From Octopus vulgaris (Eukaryota): a DNA stretch of 64,000 nucleotides. How positions within the stretch are numbered: position 1 is the first letter of the stretch; every line of letters begins with the position of its first letter. Both the position numbers and the translations under genes were made by a program. Below, one piece after another: positions 14,364 through 28,355 of this stretch. Below the pieces are notes generated by a model. The model was not told the DNA's origin and did not search any database. It saw only the letters and a list, made by a program, of their open reading frames with translations. Where the stretch lies: positions 24,304,001 to 24,368,000 of the forward strand of contig OX597826.1 in assembly GCA_951406725.2 (NCBI GenBank), read 5' to 3'.

Positions 14364-14561
14364 CTATCTTAAATCACTCAGCTTTGATGTGAAAGAGAGT
14401 GTGCGGTTGCTATTTTCTAGTTTGGCTGATTGTGTGCACTTCCTGTGGTACAGTATGAACCCATAAGTATGAATCAAGGCCACTACATCGTGTAACATGT
14501 CATGGGCAGGATGTGGGATTGAGATATTGCTTAACCTGTCCTCATTCAAATCTAAGTCACC
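14364..14561 (-). CDS. Candidate exon of an unidentified antisense/nested gene
   Basis: Minus acceptor tgttttaatgtttag|; non-repetitive open frame GDLDLNEDRLSNISIPHPAHDMLHDVVALIHTYGFILYHRK...LSDLR*. No clear canonical donor and no recognised homology. Confidence 0.2.
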   Translation of the reverse strand, partial: GDLDLNEDRLSNISIPHPAHDMLHDVVALIHTYGFILYHRKCTQSAKLENSNRTLSFTSKLSDLR

Positions 14562-17500
14562 CTAAACATTAAAACATCTAATTTCAAATAAGTCAGTGTC
14601 AAATCAGTAATGCCAAAATGCCATTTCAGGTATGAACCTGAAATGGTGGTTTCAGCGGTGGTGGTGGTGGTGGTAGTAGCATTTAAATTTGATTTCTAAC
14701 ATTTGCACATGACCACAAAAATATAAGGGAGCAGAGAGAACAGTCAGTCTTACATGACAACCACCACCACCACCACCACCACCAGAACTTAATTAGCACT
14801 TATTTTATTGATCTGTAAAGGGATGAAGTCAACCATGGTAGGATTTGAACACCAGAAACGCAACAGAACCTAGCTTGATGCAGAAAGTATTTCATCCATT
14901 TCTCTTCCAACCCAATAATCCATCCACCAATATCCTAGTAATAGCATGTGTTTTATGAATTCTTTCACTAATTTAATGTTAAAACAGTTTACTGATAAAA
15001 TATTGTAAGCCAATGTAGGCTTCATCTAAAAAAAATAATAATGTAAAAACGAAATCTATTTTTAATTAAAGGCATCTCATATAAAATTAGCAGGTTGTTG
15101 GACTGCTAACTGAAAGATCAGTAATTAGCATCATGTGACTGCTACCTTATTATATCTTGTCTTTTGAGGAATTTTTTTTCAACCTTCATAAAGCCTAATT
15201 TACTTGCTGTGTGGGGGAACAGCCGTATAACAGCCAACAAACAATTTATTAGCTTACTGTACCAAGTTCAAATTTTGGTATGGTAACTTAATATTGGTAA
15301 TATCATTTAACCTTTTTGACTCCTATCAACCTAAGACTACCCCTGGTTCTGTGATATCAACTTCCTGTTGAAAATGATCTGCATTAAAATCTTCCTTCAA
15401 ATGCTTATGATAATTTATATTCCAAGCACCATCTTGATAATAACAGTTATTTTACTCAATTCTCCATTATTTTTGAAATTGATTTACCGTAACTATGGTA
15501 ACAAAAGAGTTACAGAGGACTTGGATGATTTGCCATGGAAATATTTATTCCAAGTAATTTAACATTTTTAGTTTTTATGGTATATGTGTGTAACTGTGTT
15601 TATGTCCCATGACTTAGCAGTGCAACACGCAGATCAATAAAATAAGTAGCAGATTGAAAAATACATGATCAACTAAAATCCATCAAAGTTTTGCCCCAAA
15701 ATGGCCACAATATAACTGAAGTGAATAAAAGAGTATCCCTGGGATTGCCGGTGGCACGTAAAAAGCACCCCCTACACTCACAGAGTGGTTGGCATTAGGA
15801 AGGGCATCCAGCTGTAGAAACACTGCCAGATCAGACTGGAGCCTGGTGCAGCCTTCTAGCTTCCCAGATCCCCAGCCGAACCGTCCAACCCATGCTAGCA
15901 TGGAGAACGGACGTTAAATGATGATGATGAAGATGGTAAATTGTAGGTTGAAGAGAACTTGGTTGCTATTTCTATCAGGCTGAGCAACCTTGCCTTGGCT
16001 CCATCATTGGTTTGCGAGGCTTTCTCATTACTTGTATAAGTCTCAGCATTTTCTGGGGGGTTTTTTTCTTTCTCTTTTTGCGACATATCTGAAAGTTTTC
16101 TCTTGTACTGTGTTCATCACATATTTACCCAAGTTGGTTCTTCGTTTGGTTGGAGTTTTTTGTTAATTCAACAAGCAAACTCACTTGGTAACCAACTCCT
16201 GTCAGTGTGAATGTATGTATTCTGTTGTGAGAAGTCTTGCTGCTCTGTGAATTTTATCACAACATTTCTTAAATAACATATGTCACTGTACACTGAGATA
16301 TACAATGCCCTGGTGATGCTTCTTACCAATATGTTGTATTTTTGAAATTTTATCCTTCAGTTTTTCTGATAAACAAACAAGTATTTCCCAAATTCAACAG
16401 CAGTGCAAGTTTGACAGAAGCAGCAACATGGTGACAGGGGGAATGGAGGGGGCGACTGAGGGGATAACTCGTTAAATTTAATATTTAATTATTTCTTCCC
16501 TCTGAGCTGTAAGTTCAAATCCCATAGGAATTGGCTTTCATTTTTATCCTCTTCAAGTTCAATAAACAAGTATTCATTATGTACTGGGAGTAGACACCGG
16601 CGTGGTCATGTGGTTAAGAAGCTTACCTCCCAACCACATAGTTCAGGGTTCAGTCCTACCATGTGGCGCCTCAGGCAAGTGTCTTCTACCTTAACCTTGG
16701 GCTAATCAAAGCCTTTGACATGCAGGTTTGGTAGAGGGAAAACCTAAGAAGCTTGTCGCACACACACACACACACATATATATGTGTCAATTTGACATGT
16801 GAAACTATTAATCCAATCATGTTTCTTTCTTTCTTAGTTTTCTTTCCTCATTTTTTTTCTGTCAAAGAGCATTTGCTCGAAATGTCAAAAACTTCTTCCA
16901 TTCTTCTTGAGCATCAAACTAATACACCTTGTTTATTGTTCCCTCACCTGTCTTTGTCTTATATTTTTTGTACATATTTAAAATTATTAGCGCATTAAAT
17001 TAGTTGGCCTCATTTTTTATATTTTCAGTGTCTTTAATCAAAATAATACATTTATCATAACTATAATAATACTTCTATCGTAACTTTTAATTTTATTGAC
17101 AAAAATATATGAATATTGTATTTGTTTTGTTTTTTCATAGCTGTATACCTACTTTTGCACCAACCTGTATATCATCATCATCATCATTTAACATCCGCCT
17201 TCCATGCTAGCATGGGTTGGACGGTTTGACTGAGGTCTGGCGAACCAGAAGGCTGCACCAGACTCCAATCTGATCTAGCAGAGTTTCTACAGCTCAATGC
17301 CCTTCCTAACGCCAACCACTCTGAGAGTGTAGTGGGTGCTTTTACGTGCCACCGGCACAAGGGCCAGTCAGGCGGTACTGGCAACGGCCACACTCAAATG
17401 GTGCTTTTTATGTGCCACCTGCACAGGAGCCAGTCCAGTGGCACTGATATTATTATTACTTTGGCTGTGTTGGTTTCTTGCTACAGTATCTTCAGGCAAA

Positions 17501-19117
17501 TTGTAAATCATAACTTGCTTTAAATATTTTGTATGCCTACAGGTGAAACTCAGAGTAGCAAGAGATTTATTTGACCAAAATAAAACATCCTTAATAATTT
17601 CTACCATGGCAGTGAGTACTCTTTTTACTTAGGTGGGAGTAACTGGAACAAAACTTTTTTTTGTATTTACTATCAAGCCCAGACAAAGTACAGGGTCTGA
17701 TGTATTGATCGAAACCTATAAATACAGGTCATGAACCCCAGCTTTGCCACAGTCTAAAGACTGTCATCAATATACCACAGCGCCATGACATACCATTTAA
17801 GAACCTCTGCTTTAGTGTAACCCTTTAGCATTCAGATATCAAATATAATGCTTATTTATTCACTTTGTTTTGAATTAATCTTGCATTAACCCATAGCTTT
17901 CAATGATGTGATTGTTTATTTTTAGAATGAGATTGTAAGGTAGGTGTGAGAAGCTGGATCTGGTCAGTTTGAAAATAAAACACATAGAATATTTGGGCTG
18001 CTATGGCCGGTTTGACCTTTTAGCATTTACACTGGCCATATCCAGTCAAAATAATCTAGCTGCTTTATCTTCAAACTGGCCAGATCCAGCCTCTCACACT
18101 CACCCTACACTATTATTCTAATCATAAACAATCATGTCTTTAAAATCTCAAAGTTATGAGATAATGCATGATTAACTCATATCAATATGAATAAATAAAC
18201 ATTACCACATGGTTCTGGGTTCAGTCCTTCTGCGTGGCACTTCAGGCCAACCAAAGCCTTGTGAGTGGATTTGGTACACAGAAACTGGAAGAAGCCCATC
18301 GTATATCTATCTATGTATGTATATATGTACTTATGTATTTTTGAGTGTGTCAAGTTTGTCCCCCACCACCACCACCATCATTTGACAAACAATGCTGGTG
18401 TGTTTATGTTCCCGTAACTTAGCAGTTCAGCAAAAGAAACTGATAGAATAAGTACTAGATTTTACAAAGAATAAGTTCTTCAGCTAAATCCAGCATGGCC
18501 ACAGCCAGATGGCTGAACAAATAAGATAGACAATACTAGTCCACTAATGGAAGTGGGAATTGGCAGGTTGATGTTAAATCTGGTTCTACCATTACTCATT
18601 TTCTATTTGTTCCCTCTATTTTTTTTTTTTTTTTGACTAAACCTCTTTCATGACAATAATTTTCATTGAAAATAATTTTTCTTTCTACAACCCATATCGT
18701 TATCTTCATCATAATCATCACTACCATTGTCATCATTATCACCACCACGACCACCATCCTCATGCTCTCCGTCATCGTCTCCATCATCATCATCATCACC
18801 GCCCTTAGCATCACATCATCATCGCCATCCTCATCATCATCATTATGGTTATTGGAGGTTTTTTTATTGGGTTTGGTGGCAGGTTTCTTTGTCACCGTTG
18901 GCAGATACAAGATCCGCTCCTCTAACATTCTCCATCCTTTGGTCCTTCTACCCCTCACACCACCCAGATTCTCCTCTGCCCCACACTATCACTTTATCCT
19001 ACCTGGCAATGTGTGCTACCTTTCCATGCAGACATCTGATCATTTTACCTCTGAAAACTTAAAGAAGAAACTACACCATTTTTTTTCTCGCAGATTTATT
19101 TTGGTTGAATTCATATA

Positions 19118-19165
<48 letters not shown>

Positions 19166-19175
19166 CATATACTTG

Positions 19176-19208
<33 letters not shown>

Positions 19209-19306
19209 ATATAGTAATAACAATAATTCTAGGATGGAATTTATAAATATTTAATACATTGCTATATGCGTTTCCACAAATCACATGATTTTAACATCAG
19301 TTGGTA

Positions 19307-19337
<31 letters not shown>

Positions 19338-19764
19338 CTCTTATTATAAAAGGCAGATTTTATCTGCCTCCCTTTGGGAGTTATACAAATCTACAATATA
19401 GGATTTCTTCAATTACAATTTACCTAGCAGTTTTAAGAGTACAATGCATCGCGTCATGCCAGGTCCAGTTTTTAAAATTTAAACTCCAATTAAGCAAAAT
19501 TTACAGAAAACTCACATTCTGGTGTGTATGTCAAATGCTTTTCTTAATGTGTTTTACACCACACGCACACGCACACACACAGTGTGCAAGGAATAAAATG
19601 AAAGTAATTCACCTTTTGTAGTGAGTGACTCTTTCAGTCTGCCACTTCCTCTTTACACACATAGACACGCAAATATATAAATAAAATTGTAAGCTAACGT
19701 GCGTGTGTGTGAGTGTGTGTGTACGTGTGTGTGTGTGTGAGGGTGCGTGTGTGTGTGTGTGAGG

Positions 19765-19803
<39 letters not shown>

Positions 19804-20339
19804 AGTGTGTGACAGGAAAGTATTTTAGGACGAATATAAGACCTAATATCGGCGATGTTTCGCTTGTCGTAGCACATCGCCATATCGGCGATGTTTCGCT
19901 TGTCGTAGCACAGGTTTCTGTCGATTTCCGTAAAAAAATTATTTTTTTACATAAGTAATGAGAGCGAAAGAGACTAAGAGAAAGCGATTGTATGACGAGG
20001 GAAGTTCTTTTGAAGTTACCGTGCATGGGACGCATTGATGTACATGTGTGTGTGTGTGTGTGTTTGATGGAGTGTGGGAGACAGACAGTATGTTGTGTAA
20101 GTGAAGTGCTTCTGTTAGTGTGTGTGAAGAGACAGAGAGAGTAATGTGTGAAAGAGAGAGATAACTGAAATTTTTTACTCGGTTTATGTGTATATGTATG
20201 TATGCATGTATGTGTGTGTGTATGTATGTGTGTGTGTATGTATGTATGTATGTATGGCCGATTCAGTGTTTACATTTTTTACGGAAATCGACGGAAACGT
20301 GTGCTACGACAAGCGAAACATCGCCCCTATATCCATGTA

Positions 20340-20812
20340 GCAGAAAGATCGCCCAAAAGTGTATATAGATATTTAAATGTATTTATATATTGATCTATAC
20401 ACAGATGTATGTATAATGTGTGTGTATATATTTCCATACACGTAACCATTCACTCCGCACAAAGTTTTTTAGGACGAAAATAAGATCTAAAGTTATCTCT
20501 AAGTAGCACAGAGATCGCCCAAAAGTGTATATAGATATATAAATGTATTTATATATTCATCTATGCACACATGTATGTATAACGTGTGTGTATATATTTC
20601 CATAGAGGTAACCATTCACTCCATACAAAGTTTTTTAGCACGAAAATAAGATCTAAAGTTATCTCTAAGAAACAGAAAGATCGCCCAAAAGTGTATATAG
20701 ATATTTAAATGTATTTATATATTCATCTATACACACATGTATGTATAATGTGCGTGTATATATTTCCATAGAGGTAACCATTCAATCCATACAAAGTTTT
20801 TTAGGACGAAAA
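20340..20812. repeat. 166-bp tandem repeat, ~2.9 copies, inside the Helitron
   Basis: gatcgcccaaaagtgtatatagat recurs at 20347, 20513 and 20679. Confidence 0.9.
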
Positions 20813-21067
20813 TATTTATATATAAAAGAAAGGTTGTGTGTCTGTCTACTCCGATTTAGATTCCTAACTACTCCCACATTTTGCGATGCAGTTTAACCAA
20901 TACAGTTTTACTGTATCTTATAGTCGTGATTCATATCGAGCCCTTCTGGGTATTAGCGCGCCTCTACGATGAGTCTATGATTTTACAAATAATTTACCAT
21001 CATTTTTTTCCATTTTAATGCATATTTTTTAAAATAAACGGAAGTAACTCTCAAACTTCACACCAAT

Positions 21068-21589
21068 ATGCGTGCTCATATGCGGCGTAATATCACATCA
21101 GCAGCATTTCCTCACACCCTCATTGCACTTGGCGAAGGCAAAATACCAGGGGATGAAAATGGTAATATTGCCATCGATTCCATTTGTACCATTGTTAAGA
21201 CGCCTTCTGATCTCAGAGATGCAGTGTTCCCAGATCTACAAGCTAATTATCAGAATATGGATTGGATTGGCAAAAAGGCTATACTGGCCCCGAGGAATAA
21301 AACTGTTCACCATATTAATGATGAAATGCTAAAACTCATTCCTGGGGAAGTCTATGTATATCAGTCTATCGATACAACTCCTGACCCAGATGACGTCATA
21401 AACTATCCAATAGAGGTACTCAATTCCTTTGAGCACCCCGGACTACCACCACACTTTCTCAAACTTAAAGTTGGTGCCCCTATAATGCTCATCAGAAATT
21501 TGGTTCCCCCAAAACAATGCAATGGCACACGTTTGATCGTTAAGTCCTTATCTCCCACCGTAAGCTTATATCAATATTTGCCTGAATAA
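21068..21589 (+). pseudogene. Helitron RepHel PIF1-type helicase fragment (173 open codons)
   Basis: Motifs (T)NMR, AILAPRN..V..IN, YPIEVLNS...PGLPPH.LKLKVGAPIMLIRNL....CNGTRLIV, typical of Helitron helicases. No Rep domain. Confidence 0.9.
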
Positions 21590-22064
21590 TCATCATAATT
21601 CAGTGCAATCATTAACAGTACTTTCAAGCAATTCAGCCCCGAGCAACGCCGGGCAATTCTGCTAGTATATATATATATACGTTTGTTTGTGTGTATATGC
21701 ATGTATGTTTATGTGTGTGTGTGTGTGTGTATTATATATATTTGGAGACATATACAGTGTTTAACTATGCATACTTCTTTTATAGAGGATATGCATTTTA
21801 TTGTATATGTGTGTGTGTGTGCACATACACAGACATGCACATACAAACACACTCAGAAGCTTTTTTTAACTTTTCACTTTGTGAGATTATCTACACGTGG
21901 TTATGTGTGTGTGTGTCTATACACATACAAATAGGTATGTGCATACAGCTACAGGACAAGCAAGATAGATTGGTAGAAGAAAGTATATCATGTGTATAGA
22001 CAGTGTATAAAATGTTTCTTTAGTTCTTAAATATCACACTTCTCCTCCTTCCCCACCTCTCCTT

Positions 22065-22169
<105 letters not shown>

Positions 22170-22685
22170 ATTTCATATATTCCAAATTTGATTCAATTTT
22201 CAACACTGGAAAGACCGTTTTATATATTTATTTGAGATATTTTCAGGTTTCATGTGAAATATCATTAGAGTGTTGTGATATCATATTGAGTGTTGATCCT
22301 GTGTGTGTGTGTATATATAATATTTTATATATGTTTGTTTGTGTGTGTATATATATCTTTTATTTTGTGCTTATTTTAGACATTGGACTGCATATTTAAC
22401 CCATTAGCATTGAGACTACTCAATCAAATGTAACGCTTATTTATTCACATTGTCATTAATTAGCATTCAAACTAACAAGATCTGGGCTCTTACACTTACC
22501 CTGCAATGCCCTTCTAGAAAATAAACAACAGGAGTGGCTGTGTGGTAAATTGCTTGCTTACCAACGACATGGTTCCAGGTTCAGTCCCACTGCGTGGCAC
22601 CTTGGGCAAGTGTCTTCTACTATAGCCTCGGGCCAACCAAAGCCTTGTGAGTGAATTTGGTAGGCGGAAACTGAAAGAAGCTCGT

Positions 22686-22756
<71 letters not shown>

Positions 22757-25700
22757 TTGTCCCCCCCAACATCCCTTGACAACTGATGCCGGTGTGTTTA
22801 CATCCTTGTAACTTAGCAGTTCAGCAAAAGAGACTGATAAAATAAGTACTAGGCTTACAAAGAATAAGTCCTGGGGTCGTTTTGCTCGACTAAAGGCGGT
22901 GCTCCAGCATGGCCACAGTTAAATGACTGAAACAAGCAAAAGAATAACCACATCTTCGAAATCTCAAAGCTACAAGATAATACAGGATTAATTTGAAGCA
23001 ATGTGAATGACTAACGATTACATTTGACAAAGTAATCTGTATGCTAAAGGGATAACCCTTCGTTATTTTATCGCTTTGAGGTTTCGGTGATGATGATTGA
23101 TGTTTTTAGAATGGCATTGTAGGGTAGGTGTGAAGGGCTGGATCTGGTCAGCTTGAACGTAAAACAGGTAGAATAAATTAGCCAGATAAAGTCTCTTACT
23201 AATGAGAAGAGTTTGGAATCAAGAAATCACTACCACTATTTGCTGTTTTGAGCTCAAATTCTGAATGATCAACATCGCCTTACATCTTTTACTAATATGC
23301 ATCAACAATATATACATTGTCATCGTACATATATGTATATATTTATGTATATGTTTGTGTTTGTCCCCACACTATCATTTGACAACCAATGTTGGTGTGT
23401 TTACGTCTTAGTACCTTAGCAGTTCAACAAATGATACAGAATAAGTAATACAAAGAATGTCCTGAGGTTAATTTCTCCAACTAAAGCAGTGCTCCAGCAT
23501 GCCCGCAGTCAAATGACTGAAACAAATAGAAGAATAAAGTGTATATATATATATATACAGGTTTGGTGATGGAAGTGTATATATCATCATCATATATATT
23601 ATTTTGAGTTTGGTAAGTGTTAATGCATGAAACTCTTTGCCCTTGAGTCACTCTTCTGCTAAATATTAATATTGTGCATGTGGCAATTTGATCTGCTGGA
23701 AAGAGCAACTAAATCTCCTTCAAATCACAGATTATCTTTAACCCTTTAACATTTAAACCAGCTATATGTGGCTCAAACCAACCAGATCTGGCATCTCATA
23801 CCTACCCTACAATGTCATTCTGAATATAAACAAACATTACATTTGACAGAGGAATCTGAATGCTGAAGGGTTAATTTGTTGCTTTTGTTACTTTATTTCT
23901 GTTGAAACTCTACTGTCATTTCAAAATTAATTTTGGAAATAATGGAAGATTCCAATAAAATAACTTTGGTCTTAATATGTTGGTTATTGTCAATCAGCTT
24001 TCATATGTGGTTGAACTGATTTGGTAGGGTTTGAGTCTCTTCTGACCTATTTCTAACCACAGGCACATGGCAAGGTCACACCTTAAATGAAGAGAGAGAG
24101 GGAGAGAGCTGTGTACTCTGAAGCTTTGGTACTGTTTTCTTAGTCGCACATGGAATCACATGAATGTATCACACATGTAGATTCATACATAGATACAAAA
24201 TTATGTCCTCGTTGTTGTCGTCATTATTTTAGCATCTGTTTTTCCTTAATGTCATATAAAATGTAGATGTGTGTTTGTTTAAATGCATAACACTCACACC
24301 ATACACAGGGTATTCCATAAAACATGTTTATATTCGAAGGCTCGTTAGGTAATCAGCTTGTCAAGGGCATGCGATCTGTGTGTGTGTGTGTAAATTATAA
24401 ATATGTATGGATACCCACTCACCTATGTGTGTGCATATGCACAAACATTTGTAAAATGAGGCCATATGTCAACAAGCAACGTCAAAAACAAAAATAGATA
24501 TACACACACACAAATTCTCATCCACTATATCACCTCATGGTTGTAATAGGCTTTGAAAAAATATGTATCTACATATATGAATATTTGCTAATACACGGCT
24601 TAAAAGCTACTGGGTTTCTTTCCACATCACCACATTACTCCCCCTGCTCCACAATCCATTCAACCACAAAATTTCTGACAGCAACAACGCTGCCTCTTGG
24701 TGGACTGAAACAAAAATTATAATTAAATTCTGCTTTAATTAAATTCTATGTTTTTTGTGCAGCTGAAGATTGCTCTACATTTTAAATTGATGTTATGTTT
24801 ACATTGTTCAATTAAATGGAGTCGCATGAAATGATCGTACTGCACTACCTCTGGATATCCTTGTTGCTTATTTTGATATATATCATCATCATCATCGTCA
24901 TCGTTTAATGTCTGTTTTCCTTGCTAGCATGGTTTGGATGATTTGACCAGGGTCTGGGAAACCAGGAGGCTGCAGCAGGCTCCAGTCTGATCTGGCAGTG
25001 TTTCTACAGCTGGATGCCCTTCCTAACCCCAACCACTACATGAGAGTCGTGGGTGCTTTTCACGTGCCAGGGGAGGCTGGCAACGGCCACGATTGGTTGG
25101 TGCTTTTTACGTGCCACCGTCACAGAAGCCAGTCAAGGCGGCACTGGCATCGGCACATATATATAATGAGGTGGAGGGGGGTCTCCTTGTCTTGACATGG
25201 CATGATTCCTGTAACCAAGAGTCACCCTCATAAAAGCAGTGTCCTTCATTTCTTCCTTTTCTGTTATGGTGGCTTCAAAGTTTATGGTTCCGATGGTGAT
25301 GGAACACCGACATTTGGTATGGTCTTGGGCTTCTGTTTCAAACAACTTAGGCTTAATTCCAGTGGCTTTCAGTGTAACTTTGAGTTGGCCCTAGTATCTT
25401 CGAAGAGGGTAGCCTATGTACAGCTAGGGAATGTGAGTCATTGAGAACAAAGTGTAGTTGCCAGAAAGAAAGACTCAGTGAACATGAATATCCTGTCAAT
25501 AAGTAGATAAGGCCAGCACTTTAACAACACAATTATCTTTAATTCTCACAGAGCTTAGCTGAAATATGAACATATTCTATACTACATATAAAGGTCTTCG
25601 CAAATGCCTACAAAACGCAAGAACCAGCACTGAATGTTTGCTGATGCTTAACAGTGTTTCTTAAGGCCATTTAGTGAAAGTAGGGTCTTTTTTTTTTCAG

Positions 25701-25944
25701 TATTTAGTTTTCTTTCTTTGGACTAGAATTAACATCATCAACATACAATGGACACTTTATTCATTGCGAGAATAAAACGTCAATGGAGAGAAGTGATGTG
25801 TGTGTGTGTGTGTCCATTAAAAGTCCTGATAAATGCAAACAAGCTATTTTTTCTGTTTTTCCTTTCTCTTTTTTTTTCTCAACAAGTATTGGGTGTGAAA
25901 GTCACAATTACCTTTGAGAAAATCTCATATGGAAAAGAGAATGT

Positions 25945-26372
<428 letters not shown>

Positions 26373-26875
26373 ATGCACAGACATTTATCTTTCCATACTC
26401 ATTTGTATATGCACATAGGTGTATGTGTTTGTCCATCTATATATATATATATGAAACATGTGCACACATATCCGATCTTTCTCTCTCAAAGTTCTGAAGC
26501 TATTTATTACACAAACACCTATTGTCTTCCTATAATCTCAGTCTTTTAGTCCATTTCTTCCACAATGCCGACTGATAAAGTTCCTTTCAATAAAATATTA
26601 ATTTAACACAAAGTAAATCTGGATTGTGTGAGGAGAATGTACGCACGTGGTTGAGTGTGTGTGAGAAAAAGATAGGGAGTAGGATGGAGAGAAGGGGGTA
26701 ATGTACTAGTAGAAATTTGATTCATTTGGTTACCAGATTGTATTGTATGTCAGTTGTGTATATGTGTGTATATATATTCATGTATGTTTTAGCTATGAAT
26801 ATATGTATATACACATATATATCAGCTTTGTATGTATATATCTGTGTGTGTGTATTTGTTAGTTGTGTATATGTA

Positions 26876-26924
<49 letters not shown>

Positions 26925-27540
26925 GTGAGTTGTGTGTATATGTATATGCATGTATATGTCAGCCGTGTATATGTGCATGTGTTAATTGCACATCTGCATG
27001 TGTGATTCAATTGTGCAAAAGTGTCAGTTGCATACATATATCTGTATCACATTTATGCATGTATTGTGCATGTCTGTGTGTTTCAATAGGCCATATGTAT
27101 GTGCATGTGTGTACATGTGTGTCAGTTGACTGTGTGTGTGCCAGCTGTTCTTTTATGTATGTATTTGTATGTATATGTTTATTTATGTTGTAACCTAGAA
27201 ACACATGAAGACTAGCCGCATAAAAGGCATGCAGCTGTAGAAAACACACGTTTATATATATATATATATATATATGCACATATACACACATACAAATACT
27301 CATATATATACACACACACGCACATATATATATCTCTTTTACTCTTTTACTTGTTTCTGTCATTTGACTGTGGTCATGCTGGAGCACCACCTTTAGTCTA
27401 GCAAATCAACCCCAGGACATATTCTTTGTAAGGCTAGTTACTTATTCTATCGGCCTCTTTTGCCGAACCACTAAGTTAGGGGACTAAACACACCAGCGTC
27501 AGCTGTCAAGCAATGCTATGGGGACAAACACAGACACAGA

Positions 27541-27578
<38 letters not shown>

Positions 27579-27664
27579 GGTCCCGGGTTGAGTCGGGGTT
27601 AACCACAGTAAATAAGGTACTCAATACATAGCAGAGTAAATTAATTTATTTATTTTATAGAAGG

Positions 27665-27721
27665 AGCTTCTACAGGACCAGAACTGTTTCATTCAAAAGA
27701 AAAAGAAATCATCAGGAAGCT
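27665..27721 (-). ncRNA. Type I hammerhead ribozyme motif, inverted partner of the 27718 copy
   Basis: Minus strand: AGCTTC CTGATGA tttctttttcttttgaat GAAA CAG ttctggtc CTG TA^ GAAGCT. Shares the central palindrome GGAAGCTTCC with the + copy. Confidence 0.7.
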
Positions 27722-27768
27722 TCCTGATGATTTCTTTTGAATGAAACAGTTCTGGTCCTGTAGAAGCT
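27718..27768 (+). ncRNA. Type I hammerhead ribozyme motif (sense to Gemin5)
   Basis: AGCTTC CTGATGA tTTCttttGAAt GAAA CAG ttctggtc CTG TA^ GAAGCT. Stem I AGCTTC/GAAGCT; stem II weak (T-T closing pair). Confidence 0.7.
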
Positions 27769-27787
27769 CCTTCTATAAAATAAATTT

Positions 27788-27819
<32 letters not shown>

Positions 27820-28166
27820 TACGACGGGCCTCTTTCAGTTTCTGTCTACCAAATCCACTAACAAGGCTTTGGTCAGCCCGAGGCTATAGCAGAAGACACT
27901 TGCCCAAGGTGCCATGCAGTGGGACTGAACCCAGAACCATGTGGTTGGTAAGCAAGCTACTTACCACACAGCCACTCCTGTCAATTATAGTGTGTGTAGG
28001 TATCATCATAATCATTTAGTGTCTGCTTTCCCCATGCTGACATGGGTTAGCCAGTTTGACTGGAACTGTTGAATGCCAACCACTCCAAGAGTGTAATGGG
28101 TGCTCTTTACGTGTCACTGCCATGGATGCTTTTTATGTGTCATTGGCACTGTCCTTGGCTACGATC

Positions 28167-28355
28167 TCATTTAGCCTGATGAGCCTTCTCGAGTACAGCA
28201 GACCACCAAAGGCCTCGATCATTTGCCATCACCTCCATCTGAAGATCATGCTCCACCACCTTGTCCCATGTCTCCCTGGGTCTACCTCTTCCACAGGTTC
28301 CCTCCATAGGTACTGATTGGCACTTCTTGATGCAGCTGTTCTCCTTTGCATGCAT
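28167..28355 (-). pseudogene. RTE-clade LINE ORF C-terminal remnant followed by its 3' tail (to ~28003)
   Basis: EGTCGRGRPRETWDKVVEHDL...DRGLWWSAV matches the RTE C-terminal GRPRxTW...DRxxWR motif. Confidence 0.7.

Larger units (their letters stand above)
19337..21665 (+). mobile_element. Composite non-autonomous Helitron
   Basis: 5' A|TC-tcttattataaaa; 3' hairpin CCCGagcaacgcCGGG (21638-21653) then CTAG|T; no TSD; internal PIF1 fragment and tandem repeats. Confidence 0.85.
27577..27787 (-). mobile_element. Penelope-like pseudo-LTR remnant with inverted partial copy, inserted in the (TA)n tract of a SINE
   Basis: Near-perfect palindrome 27648-27785 carrying two hammerheads; flanked by (TA)n and splits the SINE at 27335-27979. 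Confidence 0.6.

Noticed and set aside
15995-16420. Unique-looking minus-strand segment with partial reading frames
   Set aside because: Multiple stops and no motif I can identify; possibly a decayed LINE fragment.
17543-17611. Exon-like cag|VKLRVARDLFDQNKTSLIISTMA|gtgagt
   Set aside because: Phase 0/0 does not fit the phase-1 Gemin5 acceptor; no homology recognised; lies near a hAT-like end (~17775-17789).
17690-17740. Hammerhead-like CTGATGT...GAAACCT..AGGTC
   Set aside because: A9 is missing and there is no convincing stem I or II.
18596-19214. Hydrophobic 182-aa ORF and overlapping ORFs
   Set aside because: Produced by (CAT)n/(CAC)n triplets; no recognisable domain.
20340-20812. Regularly spaced repeats that might suggest a CRISPR array
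   Set aside because: Whole 166-bp units repeat with no unique spacers; eukaryotic Helitron interior.
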